In this document: positions 46,666 through 58,864 of the stretch, one piece after another
Position numbering within the stretch: the first letter of the stretch is position 1
Layout: the number at the start of each line of letters is the position of its first letter
From: Pocillopora verrucosa
Taxonomy: Eukaryota
DNA: 64,000 bases
NCBI RefSeq assembly: GCF_036669915.1
Contig: NC_089320.1
Coordinates: forward strand, 15,979,874-16,043,873
Reading direction: 5' to 3'
Position numbers and translations under genes: made by a program
The notes under the pieces: generated by a model
The model's database searches: none
What the model saw: the letters and a program-made list of their open reading frames with translations, nothing else
Told to the model about the DNA's origin: nothing

Positions 46666-47824
46666 GTTTTCGGGTCGTTTGGAAGTACAAGTCCAGAAAA
46701 TATAGCCAGAAATGTGATTTTTTTTGGCAAGAGTGTTGAAACATATCAGGTGGAACAGTGGATTCCGCCCAAATTGACTTACAATTAAATTTAATTCAAC
46801 CAAGTTCAACCTCGTGGCAATGACCCTCAAAAGGTAACAACGAGACGGCTCATTACAAAGAAAATAAGATTACAGTCGGTATCGTGCGGGAAAACGCACG
46901 TATTCAGGGACCCGTTTCCCATTGGAAACCCTCTTGCCTAATGGGGCGACATCAACCATAAGTAAAGAGATTCACCGGTTATATTTTGCAAGAATGACTT
47001 TACTACAGATTTGTTTACTAAATTACAACAAAAGTTAATAAAAAAAGACTCGCAGGTTGATCATGGTTGCCTCACTTGTCTTCTTCTCAAAAGATAAAAC
47101 TTAGTGTGCGGAAAATAAAATACCTCGAAATAATGTTCGTTTGTTGGCGTCTCTTTCCACTTATCACACACGGTTAGGAAAATTAATGCGCATAATAAAT
47201 ACCTATGCTTTAGAAGAAACACGTCCCGACACAGAAACCTGAAAAAGCTTTACGTATCGTAGGACGTTTCATTACAACCAAGAAGCGCGGTGCACTAAAA
47301 ACCAGGCTCTACTATTTTGAATTCCACGCACAACAGTAACCTGAAAGGTTTTTCACTGGAGTCATGACGTGTAAGAGCCCTTAACTAGAACAAAACATTG
47401 CTTGGTGCAATGCCACTGGAAAGGTATGCTATTGAACCAAAATTCTTCTCTGTTCTAAACTCGAAAGCCGCAATGTGCAAAACTGATTGGCAAGTTGAGA
47501 ACGTTTTTTTTCGCCTAATGGTTGTATATTGGGTAAAGAGGAAAACAAAACTCTGGAGGCATATAGACGATCTTAAGCTAGCACGCACTCTACCGCTTGG
47601 CGGTGAATCACGTTTGAAAAAAAAGGACTGAAATCAAGTCCTTTTGTGTGGGAGGAGGTCAGCTAAAAAATAAAGAACAACTACTAATACTGTGTACGAT
47701 AACTGCGCTATTTCAAGAGAAATATCAAGATATTAAACGCCTGGGTAATGGCAGGGTGTTTCTCTCAAAGATAGTCGGTCGGTCTCTACTTTTGAATTTT
47801 GCCTTTTGTTAACTTTTCAGCGAA

Positions 47825-47950
47825 TCAATCGTCGTCGTTCTCCTCCTGTCCTTCCGGTGATTTGGCGTGTCTCTGCATCGATTGAAGAGCCTTCTCTCTT
47901 AGCTTTCTCTCCAAGGTTTCTGTGTCATCTTCGTCCATGCTATCCGAGTG
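47825..47950 (-). CDS. SRRM1: SRRM1 terminal exon: HSDSMDEDDTETLERKLREKALQSMQRHAKSPEGQEENDDD*
   Basis: tttcacag| acceptor. Matches the human C-terminus ..EDNLDDLEKHLREKALRSMRKAQVSPQS. Stop TGA at 47825-47827. Confidence 0.9.
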   Translation of the reverse strand, partial: HSDSMDEDDTETLERKLREKALQSMQRHAKSPEGQEENDDD

Positions 47951-48329
47951 CTGTGAAAAAGGAAAAACAAATTTAGCATACGATTACTGGAGAACGATTA
48001 AAACAGTCATCAAACAGTTGAAGGCCATTCCCTCATTGTGTAGAACGTATCTTACGGTTAATCTGTTTACAACCTTAGAACCTTATAAACGACTATCCCA
48101 GAAAAAAAGGGCTCTGTCAGGGAAAACCTTCAGACAAACTAGACCCGAGAAATGCCCCTTTTATCAATTCTGACGGTCATCATGTACAAAAGAGTGCAAA
48201 TTACGTGGACATGTGGGCGCAGGCAACACCCGCGCGCTAACTAGGACGTCGGTGAATACGATTCCCATTTGCAAAATGGAGCGGTTTTCGATGAAGTGTC
48301 ATAAAGCCAAACTCAAAGGTATCACAACA

Positions 48330-48520
48330 ACCGATGAGATGAAAGGGAAATACCCTTGGGAAATAACGAGAAATCAAAGTCAATCAAGCAAGCTGTCAAA
48401 AGCGCGGGACAACACGGGTGTCCAATTCGTGATTGGTTTAAGTTTTGCATCTGTTTGGTTGAGAGAGTGACACGAGTTTTTTTAGACCAATGACAGAGCG
48501 AAAAAAACCAAACCCGATGC
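48330..48520 (+). repeat. Repeat family X, copy C, in an SRRM1 intron
   Basis: AAAGCGCGGGACAACACGGGTGTCCAATTCGTGATTGGTTTAAGTTTTGCATCTGTTTGGTTGAGAGAGTGACACGAGTTTTTTT. Confidence 0.75.
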
Positions 48521-48600
48521 AATATTCCGGTCTACTTTCGATACTCAATTGCAAAAAATTTCTCTTAAAGCGCAGCGTTAACACGTAAGTTACTACTAAC

Positions 48601-48756
48601 CCCAGGTGACTTGTCCTTGTCTTTGTGTTTCTTGTGTTTTGAACGCTTATGTTTGTGTTTCGAGCTCCCATGTTTCTTGTGTTTCTTATGTTTCTTTTTC
48701 TTTTCACCTTTTGCTTCCTTTTCCTCTGGTTTCTCTTGTTCCTCAGCAGAGCTTTC
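48601..48756 (-). CDS. SRRM1: SRRM1 exon: ESSAEEQEKPEEKEAKGEKKKKHKKHKKHGSSKHKHKRSKHKKHKDKDKSPG
   Basis: ctttaacag| acceptor, GGG|gttagt donor. Corresponds to the human poly-K/H stretch ..KKKKKKDKKHKKDKKHKKHKKHKKEK. Confidence 0.85.
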
Positions 48757-48782
48757 CTGTTAAAGGTTACACAAACCAAGAT

Positions 48783-48935
48783 TAACCCTTTAACTCCCAG
48801 AAGTGATTAACATGAAACTTCTCCAATAATATCCATATATTATCCGATACAAAATTCTCCAAACTTACATTATGAGAATCATCTTGAAGACAGTAAAGAG
48901 AATTAGTACTAAGATCTTGGGAGTTTAAAGGTTAA
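48783..48935. mobile_element. MITE copy 4, occupying 153 of the 226 nt of SRRM1 intron 48757-48982
   Basis: ttaaccctttaactcccagaag...gatcttgggagtttaaaggttaa. Confidence 0.8.
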
Positions 48936-48982
48936 GATCGCCACATAACTGACACCGAATACTATGAGAGTATTTATAATAC

Positions 48983-49403
48983 CTTAGCAGGAGCAGGAGG
49001 GGACTTGCTAGGAGACTTTCTCGGCGGCTCTTCTTCCGGCACTGAGGGGCTTTTTCGGGCCTTTCTTGCTGAGGGCTCGGGGGATTTTTCCTCACTAGAG
49101 GTCCTCTTGGCTGCCGCTTTCCGTTTGACCCGTTCACGTGATGGGGATGCCGAAGGATTCCTCTTGGTCGCGTGCGATTGCTGACGAGTTTCGGGTGAGG
49201 CAGGCGAGGATTGCTTGGCAGCGCGAGATCTAGGTTTGACTTCCCGTTCAGGAGAAGATGACGGCGATCTCCTTGAGGCGCGTGACTTTGAAGCCTTCGC
49301 GGGTGAGGGCTGGGGCGAGGCTGAAGCAGAACGCTTTGTACGAGATTTGGTTTTGGGGCCAGGCGAAGCAGAGGCACCTTGTGCTGATCTCCGACTTTTG
49401 GGC
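48983..49403 (-). CDS. SRRM1: SRRM1 exon: (R)PKSRRSAQGASASPGPKTKSRTKRSASASPQPSP...SPSKSPPAPAK
   Basis: tgttttaag| acceptor, AAG|gtatta donor, 421 nt (1 nt plus 140 codons). SP/RS-rich like the human C-terminal half. Confidence 0.8.
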
Positions 49404-49642
49404 CTTAAAACAAATTAAATGTTGACTATCCTAAGGAAACCAGTTTTTTCATTTTCCACTAAGTTTCAATACAAAAAAAAATCACTGTTAATTAAGAAAT
49501 AAGTAATTATGTAAAATGCAATGCACACACAATATACTTTCTGAACCATAAACAATGAAGTAAGAAAAGAGAAGATTTGATATCGGTAGGAGTTTTGTCA
49601 ACCATTTATTACCGCGCTCAAAATAACAGCCTAAACATCTTA

Positions 49643-51029
49643 CCTCTTGGGTGACATGGACGGCGACTTTCTTTCCCCTCGTTTCCTATCACGAGAATCT
49701 TCTCGAGGAGAAGCCGAACGTTTCCGATCCCGAGCATCCTCGCGAGGCGAGTTCGACCTTGATCGTTTTCTTCCCTCTCCTTTTCCTCGAATTGCGTCCC
49801 TTGGAGGAGACTTGACGGGAGACTCTCGAGTCTCACGCGTCTTTTTCTTAGCCGATGACGGCTCAGGGGAAGCAGACGAAGAAGATGATCGTTTATCTTG
49901 ACGAGCTTTTAACTTCTTCGCTGAATCAGGTTCGGCCTGTGGCTTCTGTGGTGACACTGGCGAGCCTGAAGAAGACCGAGACCTCTCCGAGCGCTTTCGT
50001 CTCCGACCAGCTACTTTCTCTGGTTCTGGAGAGCGGCGACGCTCTTTTTGATCTTGTTCGTCGGCACGACGACGACCCGATGGTTGTGGCGATTCTGACC
50101 GACGAGTTACAGGAGGTGACGAACTTGACCGAAGGCGTCTTCGCAGTGGCGGGGACGGTATTCTTTCCTTTCTACGCTCTCTACTTCGTGGCGGCGATGG
50201 CTCAGGTCGTCGTCGCCTTTCCCTGGGAGATGGTGATTGCGAATGTTCTGCTTTTCTCCTCCTTCGAGGAGAAGAAGAACGTCTCTCTTGGCGCCGTCTT
50301 CGGGGAGAAGGCGAACGGGAAAACTCTCTTCTTTTTCGTCTGGGTGGGGAAGGCGAGCGTGAATCGTCTCTCCTTCTTCGTCTGGAGGAAAGTGACTCAT
50401 CTCGGGGCTTTCTTCGCCGATCCCTTGGTGACTCACTTCGTTCTCGTTCCTTTCTCCGATCTTTAGAGGAGTCAGCTTTCTTCTTCCTCTCTGGCGACCA
50501 CTCCCCTTCAGACGAGGATGGTGACGGCGAGTGTTTGCGGTAGCGGCGGCTTGTCGTTTTCTTGGATTTTGGTAAAGGCGGCGACTTCTCTTTCTCTTCC
50601 GTGACTTCTTTCTCTTGTTTGATCTGAGGGGGTGGTGGCGAGGCAGAGGATGACGAGGACGGGGAAGGCTGTTTGACCGGTGAATGAGGCTGTTCCTGCT
50701 TTTTGTAGGATGATCGATGATGCGTCGGTGGAGGGCTGGGAGTACCCTTTGATTTCGCTTTTTCCGGACTGGCCGACTTTTCCTTTGATTTAACTTTATT
50801 GTCTTCTTGCTGTTCTTCTTTTTCCTTCTCAACCTCCTTTTCCTTTTCTTTACCCTTTTCCATTTTCTCTGTTCGTGTTGTGTCGGCTCGAGGTGATTTT
50901 GAGCGTGAGCGTGACGATCGTGAGCTGAAACTTGCAGAACGTGACCGTGATGACGCTGACGCTGAGCGTGATCGGCGGCGAGGAGATGGAGATCGACGTG
51001 GCTTCCTGCGCGGTGAACGAGAGCGAGAC
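49643..51029 (-). CDS. SRRM1: SRRM1 giant RS/Pro-rich exon (~460 aa: SRSRSPRRKPRRSPSPRRRSRS...RSASPREDSRDRKRGERKSPSMSPKR)
   Basis: This is the 491-aa ORF 49640-51115, trimmed to tgtttctag| at the 5' end and AG|gtaaga at the 3' end. Coordinates are about +/-1 nt here. Confidence 0.85.
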
Positions 51030-51581
51030 CTAGAAACAATAATGCTTAGTTCGTTACACAATGATCCCCTTGGATATTTCAGAATTTGAGTTAGTTCAGA
51101 CCCTTCCGCGTGCAATGGGACTTCTTAAAAAACAAAACAAAACAGCGACAACAAAAGACAGCTGTTAGAGTAGACTCAGTGCAAGAGTCTACCTCGTGAA
51201 CCATATTCAAGCTCTCTTTATTCGCGTTCCATCCGAAGCTGAAATGATATCATCCAAGAGGCTCGAGTTCTTTTCTAATACATAATCGTTATCTTTGAGG
51301 AAATAAAGTTAATTCCACAGTACGAAGCGCTTATCTGTCGAATGACTTTAATACAACGAAAACTGGAATAAAATACCAAAACCAAACCGGGAAAAGATAA
51401 ATACAAAGGAACCAATTGATTCAAAGTTAAATCTCAACGGCCTCAAGTGTTCGAGATGCAGTAAGTATTATTTGCGCAGTCGATTAGAAGAGAGACTTGC
51501 ACGAATTCTCTTAACCAATCAAAGAGAGCGGTAAAGAAACTGCTCTAAATGTGATCAAAATCGAACTTAACTATCATGTAC

Positions 51582-51920
51582 CTTCTACGTGGTGGTGATC
51601 TTCCCCTTCTAGGTGGCGACCACCTCCTTGGGGAAGGCGTTCTACGGCGTCTGCGAGGTGACCATCGACCTCTGTTGTACGAAGAAACACGACGGGGCGA
51701 GCGAGAACGAGACCTTCTCCGCCTTTCCCGACTGCGTGATCGTGATCTTGAGTACGACCGGGAACGTGACCGAGAAGCTGAGGACTTGGACCGACTACGC
51801 TTACGTCCTTTCTTGTCTCTTGACCGTGTTCTGTCTCTTCTGTCTCTTGAGCGAGAACGTGAACGTGATCGAGAGCGTGATCCTGAACGTGACCGCGAAC
51901 GTGAACTAGAGTTTCCTCTT
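51582..51920 (-). CDS. SRRM1: SRRM1 RS-domain exon: ..SSSRSRSRSGSRSRSRSRSRSRDRRDRTRSRDKKGRKRSRSKSSASRSRSRSYSRSRSRSRERRRRSRSRSPRRVSSYNRGRWSPRRRRRTPSPRRWSPPRRGRSPPRRR
   Basis: ttttcag| acceptor, AG|gtacat donor. The end phase (2 nt) joins exactly to the next exon, giving R+SRSRSP.. Confidence 0.8.
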
Positions 51921-54300
51921 CTGAAAATTTCATAAACGATAGACATCAAAGGTTGAACCCTGAATATTTGAATTTCTAAATCTGTAAACCTTGTTCACCT
52001 TATCGTCGCCTATATCATCGCTTCTCATTCCTTTTCTTTTTTTCAGACACTTTTAACATTTACTTGAGTTATATCTTAACAAAGTATCCTTCCTGAGTTT
52101 CTTTTCCTGTTTATCTGTCTTCTTCATTGAGATGTAAATTTGCCGTGGAATATGATGCGTCGGTGGGAGAGTATAACAGGGTAATTTTGTATTAACAACT
52201 GAGTTGATAACGTAAATTGGCCACTGTAAGGACGCTCTGACGAAGAGTTAACGCTCGAAACGTTGGCTTAGCCCTCTTTACGGTGGCCAATTTACGTTAT
52301 TACCTCAGCTGATAATACTAAATTGCCCAATAATGAAAAACATAATTAATAAAACTTGTTAGTAAGTTATACAACTTACTTCATATCTTTGTTTTCAGCA
52401 GCCTCTGCAGAAGCAAAACAAACAAGATAATGACAAGTTTTAAGAAATAGTAAAGGAAACAAATCAAGCCAACATATCCTTTTGGGGACATTTGTGTTAT
52501 GAAGAAACAGTTTTTTATTAATTTTTGCTGAAATCATTATTATCATAATAATCAATATTAGTAATCTCATAATAACTACATCATCATCATTTGGAAGTCA
52601 GTGACTCCGGCGTCCAAGAATTTGCGTATTTGCGCACATGTTACTCAAAGGGGCTTGTCTGAAGGGACAGAAACAAAGATGAAAAAAAAAGAGTTTTGTG
52701 GTCTTTCATCTTCTGTGACGAGGAGTATTCAAGCAGACAAAACCTTATTAGGCCTGCTTCACCTGCAGAGAGGCAATTTCTTTATCTACGACTGTTCAGA
52801 GCAAAAATTTCAATTTGCACTACGACTAGAAATGGTACTCAAAATTGCTGAACTTTAACGCTACTAAAAGTTTAGAATGTAGTTTAAGAAACACTGTTAT
52901 AATGTCATAACTTGCACCTACCTTTCTTGGCCTTTTCAGCTCTTTCAATTTCATTTTGCTGTGGAGAGTAACAGAGAGAGAAAAGAAAATTCACTTTGGG
53001 CCTGATATATTTTCTTTTCCTGGAGAGTTTTGATGGTTTTAATGGTTGATGCATAATGGGAAAAACCATAGATTACTTAATATAGAGAACAGAAACAGTT
53101 TTAATTTTGCTCAGTGGACACAGCAGCCAGATGCCACTTCTTTTCTAGATTGTAACTACCTGTTAAACTGCTTTTCCATGAGCACTGGCCCATTACATTT
53201 CACTGTCAATTGAAAAGTTTAAAAAAAAACATTTTTCATATCTAAATGCATCGTGTTGATACAATAGAGAGACAAAACAAAAATAATGCTACCTCAAATA
53301 AAAAAATCAAAACCTCTCTGACATGTACATGAAAAAAATGCCGAATTAAATACACAACCAGTACATATTTTCTCATTTAAGTAAAATTAAGATGAAGGAA
53401 AAAGATAAAAATATTTAGAAACAACTAGCAACACAAGCACATATTTAGCTAAATACTTTTCTGACATCCTCTATCCTTTTACCTTGCTCTTCCCTTCCCA
53501 ATCTACCCCTCCCCAAACTCTTTTTTTGTTACAGTGCAAAGGTAAACGTGGGTGGAAAGAACAAGAGATCGAATGCAGAGGTTAAGAGAAGTATTTCTTC
53601 ACATTTACAGTAAAAACACAACTTATTTTCTTTTATAAACAGGCTTTAGGTTCAAGCTAACTGGTGTTTGTATAAATATTCTATGGTTTTAACAACCCCA
53701 AATCAGACTCATCTTTGACACAGAAATGATGGTGAACATCTAAGGCAAAGTAACTTAGCATGGAGAGTGAACACACCACCAGTTTTGTGATGGGGTAAAT
53801 TTTCTTAGGCAAGCTGATTTTCACAATCATTTGTTGCTGCATGACTAAATCACAATCCCAACCATACTTAGTCATGCAATTTATTGCTTGATTCGACATC
53901 TCTGAAACGATATGAAAATCTCCTGCAAAAAGGGGTCCACCTTTACATGCAAGTACAAGTAACAATAGAAGTGAGACATGGCATTTGTAGACCTTTAGCA
54001 CATGTGAATTAATTTTACAGTGTAGAATCGGGATAACAGTACTTTAACATGTATATCACTCTTTGAGTGAATTTTACAGAAAGCATGGGTCTTCCTTGAA
54101 GAATCAGTTATAATGATAACAACATGTTAGTACATGATAATCTAAACAATAATGATGAGAGGAAGAAAAGGTGTTATGTAAGGTTGGAAAAAAGAGTGTT
54201 AATGCAAGTATTATCACATCAGAGGGACTATTGCAAAAGATTTTTGACTTTGTGGCATGGCTAGATGACTGTGTTGTTTTCTTAGACAAGCAACTAAGCC

Positions 54301-55352
54301 TCAGTGCCTCTCTTCACTTGAGACTGTGAAGGATGTCAAAAAACTGTTGGGGAAAACTTGATGTACTGCTTGAGTTGTATGGAATGGATTAGGACCATAT
54401 CCAAGGGGAGTGGCAATACAAATGAAGATATATACCTTAATGAGCTTTTTGTTAGGAACAGAACTGTCTCCTTCTGTATCATCAGATTTAAGAAGCTCTT
54501 TCACCAAACGTGTGATTGATTTGGCAAGCTTCTCGTCTCCTTCCTCTACAAGATGTAAGTGATCTTTAAAGTAGAGATTTTTGTCAAGTTCACCTCCTCT
54601 GACAGTCCAGCCCTTCTCTGGTGGTAAGAAATACACATTCTCATTCTGCAGCTCTTCTGAATAGCTTATATACTGAAACAGTTCCTCATTGACATCATCA
54701 ACCTTGTTGCGCCTTGAGCTGGGGTATAAATCCCTGGGAAGGATTCCACACACAATGATGTTCACATTGGGCTTTTTGTTCCGAATGAAGTCAACAATGG
54801 CCAATATACCTTGGGCAATTTCACTTGAACTGTTTTTGTCTATGTTGTTGGTGCCACAAAGTACAACAATTATTTTAGGGTCACACTCAAGTTCCCCATT
54901 CTGGAGTCGCCAAAGAACATGCTGAGTTTTGTCACCACCAATACCAAAGTTCAGTGCTTTCAGCGGGGCAAAGTACTTTCTCCAGATTTTTGGATAACGA
55001 CTCAATCCTTTGATGATAGAGTCCCCGGTCAAGACAACATTGATGTCAGGGGTTGCTGCGAGGGCAACATTCTGCTGATGCTCTTTATCCCATCCAGGTT
55101 TATCTCTGTCAACTGGCTGGGCAGCTGAGGACATGAGCCGAGACCTCCATTTTGGTTGGAGGAGTTTACTGGGTGACTTCACCTCTGCATCTTTTTCCTT
55201 TTTCACTTCCACAACTGATGTAAGGTCAGACGTATCTACTCTTGTGTCTGACCCACTCTTTTTCCTGGAGGCCCTCTCATCATCACTCTCACCACTGTCA
55301 GAATGAGCAGAGTCTTGCCTGGACTTCTTGTACTCTCTTTTTGGGTTGTTCT
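54301..55352 (-). CDS. PAF-acetylhydrolase IB catalytic-subunit-like SGNH/GDSL hydrolase: ..VVLTGDSIIKGL..FAPLKALNFGIGGDKTQHVLWRLQNGELE..IIVVLCGTNNI..DHLHLVEEGDEKLAKSITRLVKELL..; a 5' mini-exon probably lies near 55545-55566 (MASFIHS..), and the 3' end may splice at AAG|gtatat near 54436
   Basis: The 368-aa ORF aligns with human PAFAH1B2 (FSPLHALNFGIGGDGTQHVLWRLENGELE; catalytic GDS, GxND and DxxH blocks). tttcaacacag| at about 55352. A poly(A) signal lies about 415 nt downstream (plus-strand tttatt at 53883). Confidence 0.75.
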
Positions 55353-57374
55353 GTGTTGAAATAAATAACATAATTTGTAACTCTAACACAAAAAATCTCA
55401 ATTTCAAAGTTAGCTTACCTTAGTAAAGTTTGTAAAATAAAAAGTAAATAGAAAATGAAATAGCAACATAGAAATTCAAATAACCAAAACTTATCCATGA
55501 CAACTTATATTATAATATTCTTACCTGAAGATACTTAAATAGAGTATTTCTAGTCTGCTGTGAATAAAAGAAGCCATGCTCAACTTCAACCACAAAGCCA
55601 GCACATTGCAGTTACAATTTCATCTCGCAGGACATGTTCATGAGACAAATTGCCTGATACATTGCTAAGTTGTCTTTATATTGAATAGGTCACTTTAAGC
55701 TACAATGTATTGGGAGTATTTGGAGCCTAATAACTAGTCTGAATGTGAATGCTGACAGGTATAAGTACTTTTTTCATTCATCCCAATGGAGAAGTTTGTC
55801 ACAAACGAATGCTGAATTAGGTGTATTACTGAGTATAGCCTAGCTTACAATCATGATCTCTGTAGCTCACTTAGAACATCTAACAATGATATAAAAACTG
55901 GCTGAAATTCTTTTACATCTTGAGGAACTACTAATTTTTTTCCCAGTGCTTGTTCAGAATATAAACATCCTCCTTTAATGCACCTTGAACTACATACAAA
56001 TGGACTGGGTTACATCTCAAACTATAGAACACATACACACCAAAGTAATAGTGCATATGTAGCTCTTTACATCAGGGCAAAAATCAAATATTACTGAAGT
56101 AGATGCAGAAGCAGCTCACTTATGTTTCTACCTTAAGAGGCATTAGCCAGCCACCAATGTCCAGCAAGAGTAACATACACTACACTTGGAGAGAAATGCT
56201 ATTCTAAGAAACATTTCTTTTCATTCAGAGGATGTGTTAAACCTCTCCAGAAGACCTCTTTCCATGAATTTAATTGAGAATCTCTCTTTTGAAGTATCCC
56301 TGTTCAGGAGACAACTCTCTTGGTCCTGAGAGTGGTAGTGCTGTATCATTGTTGTATATTGAGCTTGTGTTGTCAACTTCCATTTCAAACTCTTACAATA
56401 TGTTCTGATTGCAACTTCACCTTCCTCTATCTCACAACCAGGCACTTCCAACATTGTAGATCCTTGAAGCATGCATTGCATATGGCCTTGTTCACCGACA
56501 AGTTCTTCCAAACTTAGTTGAAGTAATCATGTGTAAAATTGGCAGTGGCTGGGGTTAGAATCAACCAGTGGAAAACAGATTTTTATTTTTCCCATAATGG
56601 TGACAAATATGAAACATCTTTCTTGATTTTATTATTATGATCAGTTGTTCATTCCAGGGAAGATGTTGTTTACAATTAGAGAAATTCATTTCATGAAGCA
56701 CCTACTCAGAAATGCATTTTCCTGACATTTCTGACAAACACCAGTGTACAAAAAGTGTTACCTAACATGAGTGAATGCATAATTTTCTATAGCATACAAG
56801 TTATACCCATTTTTATCAATTTTGTTCCTTTTTATTCTTATTATTATTACTATTTTTAACAAAGCCTTTTCTATTCAAAGATGATGTGGTCTGTCACAAT
56901 ATTTGGAATTACTTTTGTGACCTACCACCCTTAACTTGTCAGAGACAATAATGCTAGTTAATTAAACTAAGAAAATGAAAAAAAAAAAAAAAAAGGCAAT
57001 TGTAAAAATTGATAGAAACAAGGACAGTTAAAGGTGGAGATGGTTAAAAAATGAACTTGAAAGATAATAGCTACATTTTCAAGAGGCTCAAATAGTAACA
57101 CAGTGACTAGACCAGAACATGTTAGTCGCACTGGTGCCAGCATCAGTTGCAATCTCAAGCCCTGCTTACAATCTCAATTTTTCTAACCACCTTGGTTCAT
57201 CAAGAACAGGGTATAGAATGTGTGAAACCTGTGAACACATGTAATATGATTACCTGACGTGTCAATCTACTGCATCTGAACAATGAGAGCCTCCACAAGA
57301 TTCTTCCAATTCTTGTTAACAGTTCTCTATCACTATGGTTAATCAATTGTAAAAAGAAATTAAGAAATGCTCAC

Positions 57375-57560
57375 TTCTTTCCCTGCTAGTTGCTCTGCCA
57401 GTTCTTTAGCTTTCCGAAATTCCTCTGTAATGTCAGCAGATGCAGGTGCAGATCCATTTTCATTGCCTACATTATCATCTGTTGCTGTGCTGTCTGGCTC
57501 TGTTTGCTGCTGATCTCCTTGATATCTCTGAAGGTTAGCTTGGATACGCTCTTGTTCCAG
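57375..57560 (-). CDS. SRRM1: SRRM1 exon 5: LEQERIQANLQRYQGDQQQTEPDSTATDDNVGNENGSAPASADITEEFRKAKELAEQLAGKE
   Basis: cttgatag| acceptor, GAA|gtgagc donor, 186 nt, phase 0. Position matches the post-PWI linker. Confidence 0.7.
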
Positions 57561-58693
57561 CTATCAAGAGAAGAAGACAACAGCCATAATTATCAAAAAT
57601 GCAAATAAACATTTATTCATAACAACTTTATTTAAATAATAACATATAACATATTATTATTAAAAAAGGGTTATAGAAGGGAGGAACTTAATCCTCATTG
57701 TAAACTATATCCCAGATATAAAAATTTAATACTATGCAATATACATATACATACTGAAACATTTTACACACAAGCATATATCTATATCAATATAAGATCT
57801 AAATAAAGAAGACATATCTAAGATAAAAATTTTGTTTAAAATGATAATTAAATAATGTATAATACATAGAATAATTTAATTTTGTAATTACAGGCCTAGT
57901 TAAATAATGTTGATTTTAGTGCTTTCTTAAAAGCATTCATTGAGTCAAATTCAACTACTGATGATGGTAAACTGTTCCATGTGTCAATATATCTGTGCCA
58001 AAAATACTTAGAGATATCTGTAGAGCAAAATGGTTTATATAGTTTAAACTGATGACTTTTTCTTGATTGCCTGTTACTTAAGGATATCTAATCATTAGTG
58101 TTTACAGAAGAGTATTCTTTAATGAACTTAAAAAGCTGAAACAAACTAAGAAACTCTCTGTGCTGAACTAGTGTCGCTAGTTTCAAGGATTTCAGTTGGT
58201 CTTTATATGGAGAGAGAGAGAGCTCTAATTCACAGGAAAAGAACACTGAATCAAAGAGCTCAAAACAGTAATCAGGTTTTTATCAGGCTTGAATATGATT
58301 TATGGATTAAGGAGGTAAGTTTCTAAAGAGACTGTGATACTACATTGGTGGAGGGTGTTACAAGATAATTTGGGTTTTATCAACTGAGTTGATAATGTAA
58401 ATTGGCAATCTGCTGTTAAGAGTTTGTAAAGTTGACATTTTGAGCATTAGCCCTTTGTCAGGGCACTCTAACAAAGGGGTAATGCTCTGAAGCAAAGCAA
58501 ATATATTTGCCAACTACTAGGGACACACAATTGAATATTGCTCTCAGTGAAGATAGTCATGAGAGCAAAGTTAAAACAAAAATAACCCAGCCCAAGAGTA
58601 AAAATATCAATCTACAATTTGGATTCCAAATGCCCCAAGAATCATTCTTTATTGAGTATCCTAACAATTCCTCTTCCAACAGAGAATTCAAAC

Positions 58694-58864
58694 CTTTCTT
58701 TGCTTGATTTCCTCTTTCTTTTTTTCCATAAATTCAGAAGGAATACCACCAATATTTTCTTGTGCACTTAAAAGAAGAGTCCATAACTCCTTCATAAATT
58801 CACGGGCATTTTTGGATTGCAAAAAGCCAGTAATATTTATTTGCATGAACTTTGGATCTGGACT
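58694..58864 (-). CDS. SRRM1: SRRM1 exon 4 (PWI domain part 2): SPDPKFMQINITGFLQSKNAREFMKELWTLLLSAQENIGGIPSEFMEKKKEEIKQRK
   Basis: Near-identical to human KMMQINLTGFLNGKNAREFMGELWPLLLSAQENIAGIPSAFLELKKEEIKQRQ. tttcag| acceptor, AAG|gtttga donor. Confidence 0.95.

Noticed and set aside
49855-51039. Long ORFs antisense to or frame-shifted within the SRRM1 RS exon (203-aa plus-strand ORF; 310-aa minus-strand His/Arg-rich ORF; 119-aa ORFs at 51574-51935).
   Set aside because: These are alternative frames of (AGN/CGN)n RS-coding low-complexity DNA. Only the RS frame is phase-consistent with flanking exons and homologous to SRRM1.
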